Both the position numbers and the translations under genes were made by a program. Below are positions 19,722 through 29,098 of a stretch of DNA of 59,830 bases, in pieces (position 1 is the first letter of the stretch; each line of letters begins with the position of its first letter). The stretch covers positions 1-59,830 of the forward strand of contig CAZLJY010000004.1 in assembly GCA_964559945.1 (NCBI GenBank), read 5' to 3'. The notes under the pieces were generated by a model. It saw only the letters and a list, made by a program, of their open reading frames with translations, had not been told where the DNA came from and ran no database searches. Source of the DNA: an uncultured Gammaproteobacteria bacterium (lineage in GTDB: Bacteria; Pseudomonadota; Gammaproteobacteria; Xanthomonadales; SZUA-38).

Positions 19722-20552
19722 ATGAAGACCCTTTCACCTCAGCGCCCTGGCCCAGCCCAGTTTGGCGTCAACCTAAAACGCTGGCGAACCTTGCGCCGGC
19801 TGTCCCAGTTGGATTTAAGTTTGTCGGCGAACATCTCTCAGCGCCATTTGAGCTGGCTGGAAACCGGGCGCAGTCAACCCAGCCGAGCGATGGTGCTGCA
19901 GTTGGCCGAAGTGCTGGAGGTGCCACTGCGAAGTCGCAATGAGCTGCTCGACGCTGCCGGTTTCGCGAGCATGTATCCTCAACAAGGCCTTGAAGCCGAT
20001 GCGATGCAGGCCGTTCGCCAGGCGCTGCGACGCATGCTGGATCAACAGCTGCCCTACCCTGGTTTAGTGGTGGACCGAGAGTGGAACGTCATGATGACCA
20101 ATGCCTGCGCGGACGCTTTATTGCAGGCGGCAGGGGCCGATGATCTTTGGCAAGCCAGCGGCAGTGATGAGGGGCAAAGAAACCTCGCTCTGTTGACTTT
20201 GCATCCCGCTGGGCTGCGGCCCATGTTAGCCAATTGGAACCAAGCGGCCCACGCGTTTGTGCAGCGACTTCGAGCCGACCTAAGCCGCTCCCCCGATGAA
20301 TCCCTGCGACAAAAAACCGAAGCGCTAATCGCGTTGGCCGGGGATATTCCTGAGCCGGAACTACCAGGTGCGCCGCTGTTACCCATGTTGACTCTGGATT
20401 TACGCTTGGGCGATCAACTCCTGCGAATGTTCAGCGTGATCTCCACCTTTGGCACGCCCCAGGATGTGACCACCGACGAACTGCGTATCGAGACGTTTTT
20501 CCCCGTGGACGACACCAGCGAGCAGATTTTTCGAAGCTTTTGCCCAGACTAA
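19722..20552 (+). CDS. XRE-family HTH regulator with MmyB-like ligand-binding domain
   Basis: LKRWRTLRRLSQLDLS...SQRHLSWLETGRSQPSR; C-terminal FSVISTFGTPQDVTTDELRIETFFP. Confidence 0.9.
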   Translation: MKTLSPQRPGPAQFGVNLKRWRTLRRLSQLDLSLSANISQRHLSWLETGRSQPSRAMVLQLAEVLEVPLRSRNELLDAAGFASMYPQQGLEADAMQAVRQALRRMLDQQLPYPGLVVDREWNVMMTNACADALLQAAGADDLWQASGSDEGQRNLALLTLHPAGLRPMLANWNQAAHAFVQRLRADLSRSPDESLRQKTEALIALAGDIPEPELPGAPLLPMLTLDLRLGDQLLRMFSVISTFGTPQDVTTDELRIETFFPVDDTSEQIFRSFCPD

Positions 20553-20568
20553 ACGGGCGGCCTAGGGC

Positions 20569-21741
20569 CTAATCCAAGGATGGCGGGCGCCAACCAAACA
20601 GGCGTTTGGTCTGCATGGCCTGATCGTTACTAAAAAGGGATGCACTGGGATTAGGGCTGGCAAACCGAGCCCCCGAGGCGCGGGATTCCAGTAGCACCCA
20701 GTTGGCCCGTTCCACTCGCTTTTTGCTATAGGCAGATAGCGCTTGAGACACCTCTGAGTGCTGATTTAGGGCGTGAATCATCTCGGCCGCATCTTCAAGG
20801 GCCATGGAGGCACCCTGGCCTAAAAAAGGCAACATAGGATGGGCGGCGTCACCCAGCAAAGCCACCCGACCGTCTTGCCAGCGGGACAACGGCTCTCGAT
20901 CGAACAATGCCCATTTGTAGCAGCCATCCTGGGGCAGTGCATCAATCACCGTTTGCACGGTGTCATGAAACCCCTCATAGGCCTGTCGGATTTCGCTAAC
21001 GCTAGCCTTTTGCCGCCAGCCCTCGTCGGTCCAATCGCTATCGCCAGCAAACATCACGCAGTTCAACAAACGACCACTGTCCAGGGGGTAAAAGACAAAA
21101 TTGCGTTCCTGGCCAATCCAGACCTGAGATGTTGGCTCAGCAAAGCTGGCCGCCAATCGTTCCATGGGGATCAACGCCCGCCAAGCGATATAGCGGGTAA
21201 AACGCGCGGCAAGTTGACCATGGATGGTGGCGCGGATATTGGACTTTAGACCATCGGCGCCAATGAGCACCTGAGCTTGCTGTGAGGATTGGTCCTCAAA
21301 CTTAAGGATTACTCTATCAGGGGTTTGTTCAAATGCCAGAACCCGAGAACCGGTGACCAAACAATGGGGATCTAACTGACGAACTTCCTGTGCCAGTAAC
21401 TCGTAAAGAGCCGCTCTTGGGGTCTGAAAATAGTAATCACCGAAGTGTTCTCGTACCGCCTCCCCGTAAGGAATGACTGACAACTGCTCGCCTGTGCGAC
21501 CGTTATAAATGCAGCCTCGCTGCGGCAAGTCAGATATCTGCAAAAGCTGATCACGCAATCCCAGGGCATCAAGGACCGCGGCGGCGTTTGGCGCAATGGA
21601 TAACCCGGCTCCCGATTCCGCGGGGTTTTCCCACTGCTCAAACACCCGTACTTTATGTCCGGCCTTGAGCAAACCCAGCGCCGTCGCCAGGCCGCCGATC
21701 CCGCCACCGGCAATCGCGATGTCGTGGGTTGACCGACTCAG
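20569..21741 (-). CDS. FAD-dependent monooxygenase (salicylate/hydroxybenzoate hydroxylase-like); probable CTG start
   Basis: IAIAGGGIGG Rossmann motif lies upstream of the ORF-track start (21672); also GADG and LLGDAAHPMLPFLGQGASMALEDA. Confidence 0.88.
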   Translation of the reverse strand: MSRSTHDIAIAGGGIGGLATALGLLKAGHKVRVFEQWENPAESGAGLSIAPNAAAVLDALGLRDQLLQISDLPQRGCIYNGRTGEQLSVIPYGEAVREHFGDYYFQTPRAALYELLAQEVRQLDPHCLVTGSRVLAFEQTPDRVILKFEDQSSQQAQVLIGADGLKSNIRATIHGQLAARFTRYIAWRALIPMERLAASFAEPTSQVWIGQERNFVFYPLDSGRLLNCVMFAGDSDWTDEGWRQKASVSEIRQAYEGFHDTVQTVIDALPQDGCYKWALFDREPLSRWQDGRVALLGDAAHPMLPFLGQGASMALEDAAEMIHALNQHSEVSQALSAYSKKRVERANWVLLESRASGARFASPNPSASLFSNDQAMQTKRLFGWRPPSLD

Positions 21742-23324
21742 AGCGCGGGCATCCCTAGCGTGTCCGGGTTAAGCAGGCCCGTTGGGTCTGTGACTTTTCG
21801 AATGGACTGAATCATATTCTGGGTCAGAGGATCCAGGCTGTCCCAGTAGGGATAGGCTTTACCGATTTGGAAATGGCCAGCATTGTGGGCCTGGTAAAGG
21901 GCAATTAACTCTTGGCGCAACTGACCGATGTACTCCCGCGCCTCAAGGTTTTCTGGATAGGTGGGCAGATTTTTAAGGTAATCAGCATCCACCGCTGTGT
22001 TGTGATAAATGCTCCTGGCGTCTTCCCAGTAAATGGCGATCTCGTACAGAAAGCCGGCAGACCCAACGTTTTCGAACATACCGCCAGTCCAGATTCCGTA
22101 TTGAGCGAACTGTTCGGCCCGCTCCTCAACAAAGGCATCAAAGGCAACGTGAAATGGCAGCACGTCTTCATGGGCCAAAATGCCATGCAGCGGCGCCCAA
22201 CGCTCACCCTTAGGGCCAAGGGTGGCGAACAGCGGCGCAAACGGCATACCCTGCACAACCGTAGGCACGGTGTTGGGAATTTCCTGCGCCACTTCAGCCA
22301 TCACCCGTCGCAGCTCCTGAGCTTTTGCTTCGGCATGTTTTTTATCCACCCCATCAATCAGGTAGTGACAGGAGTATTCGGCATCTTTCAACGCGCGGTC
22401 ACCGGCCATGCCCATTTTGGCCAACTGGGCGACGCCACTGGCCATGGAGCGGGCATTTTTTAGGACCGACAGCGCGATAGCGGTTTTACGTCCTGCCCGC
22501 TCTTCCCGGGCAATCTGTCCCTGGGAGAGGGATGCCGACAGGGCAAAGTGTTCATCATCCAGGCCCGCGATGGATGCCGCCGTCATGCCCCCATGCATTG
22601 CGGCAAAATTCTGAAACGAAAACGACAGCGCTTCAAAGGCTGGTCGCAGACTGATGAGGGGCAAGGTGACTGTGACTTTGACACCCAGCGCGCCACAGTC
22701 GCCACAAAACAGCCCCGTGGTATCGGGCCCGTAACTGCGAGAAATTGGCTTGGTACCGGCGGCAGCAGAACCGGTGTGGAACGTCTCACCGCTGCTGGTG
22801 GCTATTTCCATACTCAGCACCGATGCACCAGAAACGCCGTAAGCCCCGGTTCCATGGCTAATGGAATTTTGGCTAATGCTGCCAGCTACTGTGGCCGCAA
22901 TGCCGGAAAAAGGTCCCCAGAATGGGGTTCGCAGTTTCAACGGATCCAGTGCAGCCTTCAATTGCGCCCAGGTAACGCCAGCGTCTACCGTCACGTAACC
23001 GCCGACTTCATTGATATCAATAGAGGTCAGCGCCCGGGTATCGATTAGCAGCGTATTTTCCCGAGTGGCCAGGTAAGCATCGGTGTAGGAGGCACCGCCA
23101 CCGCGAACAATGATGGGTGCAGCAAAATCAAAGGCGACCTTCAAACAGTTAAGCAACGCCTCTCGGTCGGGAGGTTGAACCACCGCCCCGGGAGCCACAC
23201 CAGTGCGGTAAACGTCCGTTGCAAGAAACTCCGCTTCCCGCTCATCGCTGATCAAAACTTTGGGACCAACCCGATCGGCGATGGCTGAGGCAAGGCTTAT
23301 ATCGGCGTTACTGACGGTTTGCAT
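21738..23324 (-). CDS. FAD-linked oxidase (VAO/PCMH-GlcD superfamily), paralog 1
   Basis: VRGGGASYT, TVDAGVTW, ATVAGSISQN, GALGVKV, C-terminal DPTGLLNPD. Confidence 0.88.
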   Translation of the reverse strand: MQTVSNADISLASAIADRVGPKVLISDEREAEFLATDVYRTGVAPGAVVQPPDREALLNCLKVAFDFAAPIIVRGGGASYTDAYLATRENTLLIDTRALTSIDINEVGGYVTVDAGVTWAQLKAALDPLKLRTPFWGPFSGIAATVAGSISQNSISHGTGAYGVSGASVLSMEIATSSGETFHTGSAAAGTKPISRSYGPDTTGLFCGDCGALGVKVTVTLPLISLRPAFEALSFSFQNFAAMHGGMTAASIAGLDDEHFALSASLSQGQIAREERAGRKTAIALSVLKNARSMASGVAQLAKMGMAGDRALKDAEYSCHYLIDGVDKKHAEAKAQELRRVMAEVAQEIPNTVPTVVQGMPFAPLFATLGPKGERWAPLHGILAHEDVLPFHVAFDAFVEERAEQFAQYGIWTGGMFENVGSAGFLYEIAIYWEDARSIYHNTAVDADYLKNLPTYPENLEAREYIGQLRQELIALYQAHNAGHFQIGKAYPYWDSLDPLTQNMIQSIRKVTDPTGLLNPDTLGMPAL

Positions 23325-23489
23325 AGTTTAGATCTCCCTACCTCAACAGCAATTTTACGGCATGGACTCTGCATAGAGCCGCCGATCACGGATTCCTCAG
23401 GGTGCTGAAAAACCCCCAGTTGAAGCGGTCATCTTGACCCTGGTCACCGGCAATCGCAATATCAGTTTGGCAAAGCTGCTATGCCATGA

Positions 23490-24683
23490 CTATTTCAGCA
23501 CCTGGGCTACCGATTGAACAACGTAATCCATGTTGCTAGCGCGAAGACCAGCGACGTTAAAGCGCGTATCACCAATGATGTAAATCGCAAACTCATCGCG
23601 CAGCTGCGCCACCTCTTCTGGGCTGACACCCAGTAGAGAAAACATACCGAACTGTGCATCGATCAATGAAAAATCCCGACTCACACCGGCCTGGGCCAGT
23701 TTGCTCACCAGCGAGCTCCGCTGTCCATTAATTCGGTTTCGCATAGCCGCCAGTTCGTCATGCCATAACGCGGTAAGCTCGTCGGATTCAAGAATAATGT
23801 TCACCATGCCGGGGCCGTGAGTTGGCGGCATCGAGTAGATGCCTCGAGTGGTGGCATTGATGATCGTTTCGGCATCAGACGCTTTTTGCGCATTGGGCAA
23901 CACCATGGACAGTGCACCGCAGCGCTCCCGATATAGTCCAAAATTCTTAGAGCAAGAACTGGTGACAATATATTCATCGGCGTTTTGCGCCAGCAGGCGA
24001 ACCAGAGTGGCATCGGTGTCCAGATCCACACCAAACCCTTGGTAGGCCATATCCACCAGGGGTAAAAATCGCCGCTCAACTGCCAGCTCCACAATTTCAG
24101 ACCACTGGGCCGGGGTTGGATCAATCCCCGTTGGGTTGTGACAACAGGCATGCATCACCACCACATCGTCCGGACCCAACTTCGCTAGGTCTTGCTTCAT
24201 GCCATCAAAATCCAGGCCGCCGCTGGCTTGGTCTCGATAGCGGTAATACTCAACCGAAAAGCCTGCCGCGGTAAACAAGGCATCGTGATTGGCCCAGGTG
24301 GGGCTAGGCACCCAAATTTTGCTGGTGGACTTAACCCGCCGAATGACCTCAGCGGCGACTCGCAATGCGCCGGTGCCACCCGGGGTTTGGACAGTGGCCA
24401 TGCGCCCTGCGGCCAACGCGTCGCTGTCAGCGCCCAACAGCAGCTTGCTGATGGCCTCGTTAAAACCCACCACGCCCCGTGGGCCTAAGTAACATTTGCT
24501 GTTTTCCTGTTTGTGCAGCATTGCTTCAGCACGCTTCACACAATCCAATACCGGCGTCTGGCCAGCGTCGTCTTGGTAAACCCCGACACCTAAATCGACC
24601 TTCTGTGGATTGGTATCCGCTTTGAACGCGGCCATTAGCCCTAGAATGGTGTCCGGTGGTACCCGAGAAATCTGCTCAAACAT
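23490..24683 (-). CDS. Aromatic amino acid / aspartate aminotransferase (TyrB/AspC type)
   Basis: PPDTILGL, DLGVGVY, QTPGGTGALR, HACCHNPTGID, DMAYQGF, SCSKNFGLYRERCGA. Start at MFEQ (24683). Confidence 0.95.
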   Translation of the reverse strand: MFEQISRVPPDTILGLMAAFKADTNPQKVDLGVGVYQDDAGQTPVLDCVKRAEAMLHKQENSKCYLGPRGVVGFNEAISKLLLGADSDALAAGRMATVQTPGGTGALRVAAEVIRRVKSTSKIWVPSPTWANHDALFTAAGFSVEYYRYRDQASGGLDFDGMKQDLAKLGPDDVVVMHACCHNPTGIDPTPAQWSEIVELAVERRFLPLVDMAYQGFGVDLDTDATLVRLLAQNADEYIVTSSCSKNFGLYRERCGALSMVLPNAQKASDAETIINATTRGIYSMPPTHGPGMVNIILESDELTALWHDELAAMRNRINGQRSSLVSKLAQAGVSRDFSLIDAQFGMFSLLGVSPEEVAQLRDEFAIYIIGDTRFNVAGLRASNMDYVVQSVAQVLK

Positions 24684-24941
24684 GATGCGTAAACGCCTTT
24701 TCGTTAAGTGGGTGGTTAGTGATCGAAAGTTTACCGTGATAGCGGCCTCAACGCGGACCAATTTTTCATTTTTTTGATCCATAGCGCTTTGAGCTACCGG
24801 ATCTAGTCTATTGGCACTCCCAAGCAATGCTGAAACGCGGCATTTAGATGCTGGTGTCGAAGGGCTTGTCGAACAAAACGGTTCTTAGAACTTATACTCA
24901 TACCATGAGCTCAAGTCTTGGGCGCTGACAACGGATACAGC

Positions 24942-26225
24942 ATGCAAATGAACCCTTTCCTAGCCACCGTTCTGCTAGTACTGACATTACCCGTCTTTGC
25001 AAAAGATGCCCCAGCTGGTGACCGGTCGAATTCTGCAGCCAGCCAAGTTGGCATATCCGTCGATGCCCTAAACCAACTGAGCTCGGTGTTGCAAAGCTAC
25101 GTCGACGATGAACGACTGGCCGGCGCAGTGGTGTTAGTGGCGCGCAAAGGTCAGCGGGTTTACCTGGAGTCCTTTGGTCACCGGGACCGAGAGCTTGATG
25201 AGAAGATGGAGACTGACAACATCTTTCGCATCGCCTCTCAAACCAAGGCGTTGATTAGCGTTGGGATCATGATGCTCCAGGAACAGGGCCAACTGCTGAT
25301 TTCCGACCCCCTGTCTCACTATCTGCCGGCGTTCCAGAACACAACGGTGGCGGTGCCGTCCACTGATGGAGAATACCTGGTCCTGCCTGCCGAAAGGCCG
25401 ATCACTTTGCGTGACCTGCTGACCCATACCGCGGGCATTGGTTATGGAGCGGGCCCCGCCGAAGTAAAGTGGCAACAGGCCAACATCACCGGCTGGTATT
25501 TTGCTGATCGCGATGAGCCTATTGGCGATACCGTCAATCGCATGGCAGCGCTTCCCTTCGATGCCCAACCGGGCGAACGCATGGTCTACGGCTACTCCAC
25601 CGATATTCTGGGCGCTGTGATCGAACAGGTCAGCGGCCAATCTCTTGCTCAATTTTTGCGGACTCAAATCCTAGACCCGCTGCAAATGAACGACACCCAT
25701 TTTTATCTACCGCCAACTAAACGACATCGACTGGCCGCTGTGTATTCGTTGACCGAAGATCAATCCCTCATTCGGGCACCAGACCCCGGCGGCATGATTG
25801 GCCAGGGCGCCTACCTTGATGGCCCACGCATGAGTTACTCCGGTGGCGCTGGATTGCTTTCAACAGCCAATGACTATGGCCGATTTTTACAAATGATGCT
25901 CAATGGCGGTGAGTTAGATGGGGTAAAGCTGTTAAGTCGAAAATCCGTTGAACTGATGACAACCGATCACGTTGGAGACATTGCCAATGCCTTTCTCGGT
26001 AACGGCGTGGGCTTTGGTTTGGGTTTTTATGTTGTCACGGACCTGGGCGCTCGAGGTCAGCCGGGATCGGTGGGCGAGTATGGCTGGGGCGGCGCTTATC
26101 ATTCCAGCTATTGGGTCGACCCGGAAGAAGAATTGGTGGTGGTGTACTTATCTCAGCTAATCCCTGGGCCGGATCGAACCGACCAAGACAAACTGCGGGC
26201 ACTGGTCTACAGCGCCCTGGAGTAA
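24942..26225 (+). CDS. Secreted serine hydrolase (class C beta-lactamase/esterase family)
   Basis: FRIASQTK (SxxK), LLTHTAG, YGYSTD, WGGAY; signal peptide. Confidence 0.9.
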   Translation: MQMNPFLATVLLVLTLPVFAKDAPAGDRSNSAASQVGISVDALNQLSSVLQSYVDDERLAGAVVLVARKGQRVYLESFGHRDRELDEKMETDNIFRIASQTKALISVGIMMLQEQGQLLISDPLSHYLPAFQNTTVAVPSTDGEYLVLPAERPITLRDLLTHTAGIGYGAGPAEVKWQQANITGWYFADRDEPIGDTVNRMAALPFDAQPGERMVYGYSTDILGAVIEQVSGQSLAQFLRTQILDPLQMNDTHFYLPPTKRHRLAAVYSLTEDQSLIRAPDPGGMIGQGAYLDGPRMSYSGGAGLLSTANDYGRFLQMMLNGGELDGVKLLSRKSVELMTTDHVGDIANAFLGNGVGFGLGFYVVTDLGARGQPGSVGEYGWGGAYHSSYWVDPEEELVVVYLSQLIPGPDRTDQDKLRALVYSALE

Positions 26226-26282
26226 ATGGTCTGAGGAACACCGGCAAGACCCAGCTCCCATCCGGCGACAACAGCCGGGGTC

Positions 26283-28487
26283 TTAACTAAAGGACTGCCC
26301 AGCGGGCAGGCGCACAGGCAAACGACGTATTCGAACCCCGGAGGCCGCATAGATCGCATTAGCTAAGGCCGGTGCAACCACCGGGGTGCCCGGTTCGCCA
26401 GCGCCGCCGGGTGGATTGTCGCTACTAACGATGTGCGTCTCAATCACCGGGGTCTCGTTTAAGCGCAGCATCTTGTAGTCATGGAAATTGCTTTGGGCGA
26501 CGGCCCCATCCTCGATGCCAATATCGCCATAGAGCGCTGCCGTAAGACCAAAGATAATGCCCGACTCCATTTGCGCCGTAAGTCCATCGGGGTTGACGGC
26601 GAAACCAGGGTCAATGACGCAAACCACTCGTTCAACGCTGACGTTGCCACTGTCCACCAACACCTCAACCACCAATGCCACATGACTACCAAAAGACGCT
26701 TGAACGGCAATGCCCCGTCCACGCCCTGGGGTCATTGGTGCGGACCATCCCGCCTTCTGAGCAGCCAGCTCTAAAACGTTGCGCTGGCGCGGAGCGTTGA
26801 CTAACAGGTCGCGACGAAATTCAAAGGGATCGCGTTTGCCCGCCGCCGCCAATTCATCGATAAAGGATTCGGTGAAAAAACTCTGTTGAGAATGATCCAC
26901 ACTACGCCAGGGCCCAAATGGCACATGGGTAGAACTTTCCAGACTGTAAATGGACTGATTGGCAATGGCGTAGGGTATATGGGCCGCTCCCGGCGGATGC
27001 ATTTTGTGCACGTAGTAATTGGTCCACGCTACCGGATTTCCCTGCCCGTCCAGTGCACCCTCAAACCGACTGATCGCTGCGGGCCGATATCGATCCTGAC
27101 GGATATCTTCTTCCCGAGACCAAATGAGTTTGACCGGTCGCGCTACGGCTTTTGACAGCTGTGCGGCTTGGATAGCCACCCCTGCGTCTGTACGCCGGCC
27201 AAATCCTCCACCCATATAAAAGTTGTGAACTTCGACATCTTCATCGTCGATATCCAAGGCTTTGGCGACCTCGCCGCGATACCCCAACGGGTTCTGGGTA
27301 CCGGTCCAGACGTCCACCTTACCCTCACTGTAACGGGCAGTGGCATTCAGCGGCTCCATTGTCGCGTGAGCCAGGAACGGCACGCGATAGTTCGCTGCGA
27401 TCCGAGTCTCCGCCGACGCCAATGCGCCGGCCGCATCTCCCTCAACAAAGTCCTTTTTACCCTCATCATCGGCAATTGCGGTATCAATATCGCCCTCAAA
27501 CTGAGCAAAAATATCATCGCTGTTAAGGGTGTGGGTGCCGGTCTGTGTCCACTGGACGTCGACCTTCGCCAGAGCCTGTTTTGCGGTCCAGTAACCATCG
27601 GCTACTACCGCGACCGCATTGCCCAGATTCACCACGTCGTAAACGCCAGCCATGTTCTTGGCCTTGGCATCGTCAACTTTTACCACTTCGCTGCCAAACA
27701 CCGGGCTTTGTAAAATCGTTGCGTAAGCCAGCCCATCCACTTGGGCATCGATACCAAACTGGGCGCTGCCGTCGGTTTTTTCCGGAATGTCGAAGCGCTT
27801 CACCGACTGACCAACGAGGGTAAACTCATCCGGGGTTTTCAAACGCGGCGACACCGGCGGGGTAATTTGCGCCGCAGCGGCGGCAAATTCCGCATAAGGC
27901 GCTCGCCGATCACCGTGGATGACATGGCCAGCCTGGGTTTTCAGAGACTCTACCGGCTCACCCCAAGCTTCGGAGGCCGCCTCTAGCAACATTTCTCGCG
28001 CTGCAGCGCCAGCTACCCGCAAGCCGAATTGACCAGTGGCCCGGATACTGGAACTGCCACCGGTGACTTGCACATTCAATAGCTGGGTCAGTTCCAATAG
28101 CGCGCCATCCACCGTTGGGATCAACAATTTAGGAAATTCCGCCTCGGGCAGAAAAACGCCTCGTACGATTGAATGGTTGGCATACTCCTTATGGGCAGGA
28201 GCCTCTTCTACTCGAATTTGGGACCAATCCGCATCCAGCTCATCGCCCACCATTTGCGCCAATGCCGTCTGCGCACCCTGGCCCATCTCTGAATGGGGAA
28301 CAATCGCGGTAATCGTGTTATCTGGCGCAATCTTGACCCAGAGGTTTAACAACGACTCGCCATCCTCGGTCATTAACGAGGCCATTTCCGGCGCCCGATG
28401 GCCGGGACGCACAGCAACACCCAGCACCAAGGTGCCACCTGCCGCTAGGCCTGCGCCGATAAATGCTCTGCGAGACCACTTGTTCAT
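26283..28487 (-). CDS. Molybdopterin-binding subunit, xanthine oxidase family (isoquinoline 1-oxidoreductase beta-like), Tat signal
   Basis: SRRAFIG twin-arginine motif, [28 protein letters not shown]. Confidence 0.92.
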   Translation of the reverse strand: MNKWSRRAFIGAGLAAGGTLVLGVAVRPGHRAPEMASLMTEDGESLLNLWVKIAPDNTITAIVPHSEMGQGAQTALAQMVGDELDADWSQIRVEEAPAHKEYANHSIVRGVFLPEAEFPKLLIPTVDGALLELTQLLNVQVTGGSSSIRATGQFGLRVAGAAAREMLLEAASEAWGEPVESLKTQAGHVIHGDRRAPYAEFAAAAAQITPPVSPRLKTPDEFTLVGQSVKRFDIPEKTDGSAQFGIDAQVDGLAYATILQSPVFGSEVVKVDDAKAKNMAGVYDVVNLGNAVAVVADGYWTAKQALAKVDVQWTQTGTHTLNSDDIFAQFEGDIDTAIADDEGKKDFVEGDAAGALASAETRIAANYRVPFLAHATMEPLNATARYSEGKVDVWTGTQNPLGYRGEVAKALDIDDEDVEVHNFYMGGGFGRRTDAGVAIQAAQLSKAVARPVKLIWSREEDIRQDRYRPAAISRFEGALDGQGNPVAWTNYYVHKMHPPGAAHIPYAIANQSIYSLESSTHVPFGPWRSVDHSQQSFFTESFIDELAAAGKRDPFEFRRDLLVNAPRQRNVLELAAQKAGWSAPMTPGRGRGIAVQASFGSHVALVVEVLVDSGNVSVERVVCVIDPGFAVNPDGLTAQMESGIIFGLTAALYGDIGIEDGAVAQSNFHDYKMLRLNETPVIETHIVSSDNPPGGAGEPGTPVVAPALANAIYAASGVRIRRLPVRLPAGQSFS

Positions 28488-28969
28488 GCGCTACCCTCCT
28501 CGCTGGAATCCACAATGGACTTGGCGGCTCGATGGACAGCGCGGCGAATTCTCGGATAAGTTCCGCACCGACAAATATTGCCGCTCATGGCGGCATCAAT
28601 GGCGTCGTCGTCGGGTAGTGGGTTGTTGTTCAGCAGCGCCAGCGCCGACATAATTTGACCTGACTGACAATACCCACATTGCGGAACCTGCTCTTCTATC
28701 CAAGCCTGTTGCAGCGGATGTTGTCCGCCGTCGTCGTCGGCAACCGATTCGATGGTGTGAATGGTATTACCCACCGCCGCCGATACCGGCACGCTGCAGG
28801 AGCGCACTGGCGCTCCACCCAAGTGCACCGTGCAGGCGCCACACTGGGCAATGCCACAACCAAATTTAGTCCCCGTTAAACCCACTTTTTCCCGCAACAC
28901 CCACAGGATAGGCGTGGACGGATCCACATCCACTTGATGATCCTGACCGTTGACGTTGATGGTTAACAT
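28484..28969 (-). CDS. 2x(2Fe-2S) small subunit (IorA-like)
   Basis: [34 protein letters not shown]; start at MLTINVNG. Confidence 0.95.
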   Translation of the reverse strand: MLTINVNGQDHQVDVDPSTPILWVLREKVGLTGTKFGCGIAQCGACTVHLGGAPVRSCSVPVSAAVGNTIHTIESVADDDGGQHPLQQAWIEEQVPQCGYCQSGQIMSALALLNNNPLPDDDAIDAAMSGNICRCGTYPRIRRAVHRAAKSIVDSSEEGSA

Positions 28970-29064
28970 GGGTTTCTCCAGCGGTATTGAATTTGGTTCG
29001 CTTAACAATACCAGCTGTCTACTGAAAGGTCTGTGAAAACGCTCCCCGCAGCTTAGCAGCCTGT

Positions 29065-29088
29065 AAAAAAGCCAAGGATGGCTTTTTT
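29065..29088. terminator. Intrinsic terminator after the RCC1-repeat gene
   Basis: AAAAAAGCC-AAGGAT-GGCTTTTTT. Confidence 0.7.
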
Positions 29089-29098
29089 CAACACCCTA

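Noticed and set aside
24684-24827. Long N-terminal extensions in the ORF track (aminotransferase; also 44809, 19197, 13725, 29008, 43473)
   Set aside because: Family-typical N-termini, SD sites or stop/start overlaps point to the downstream ATGs used in the feature list.
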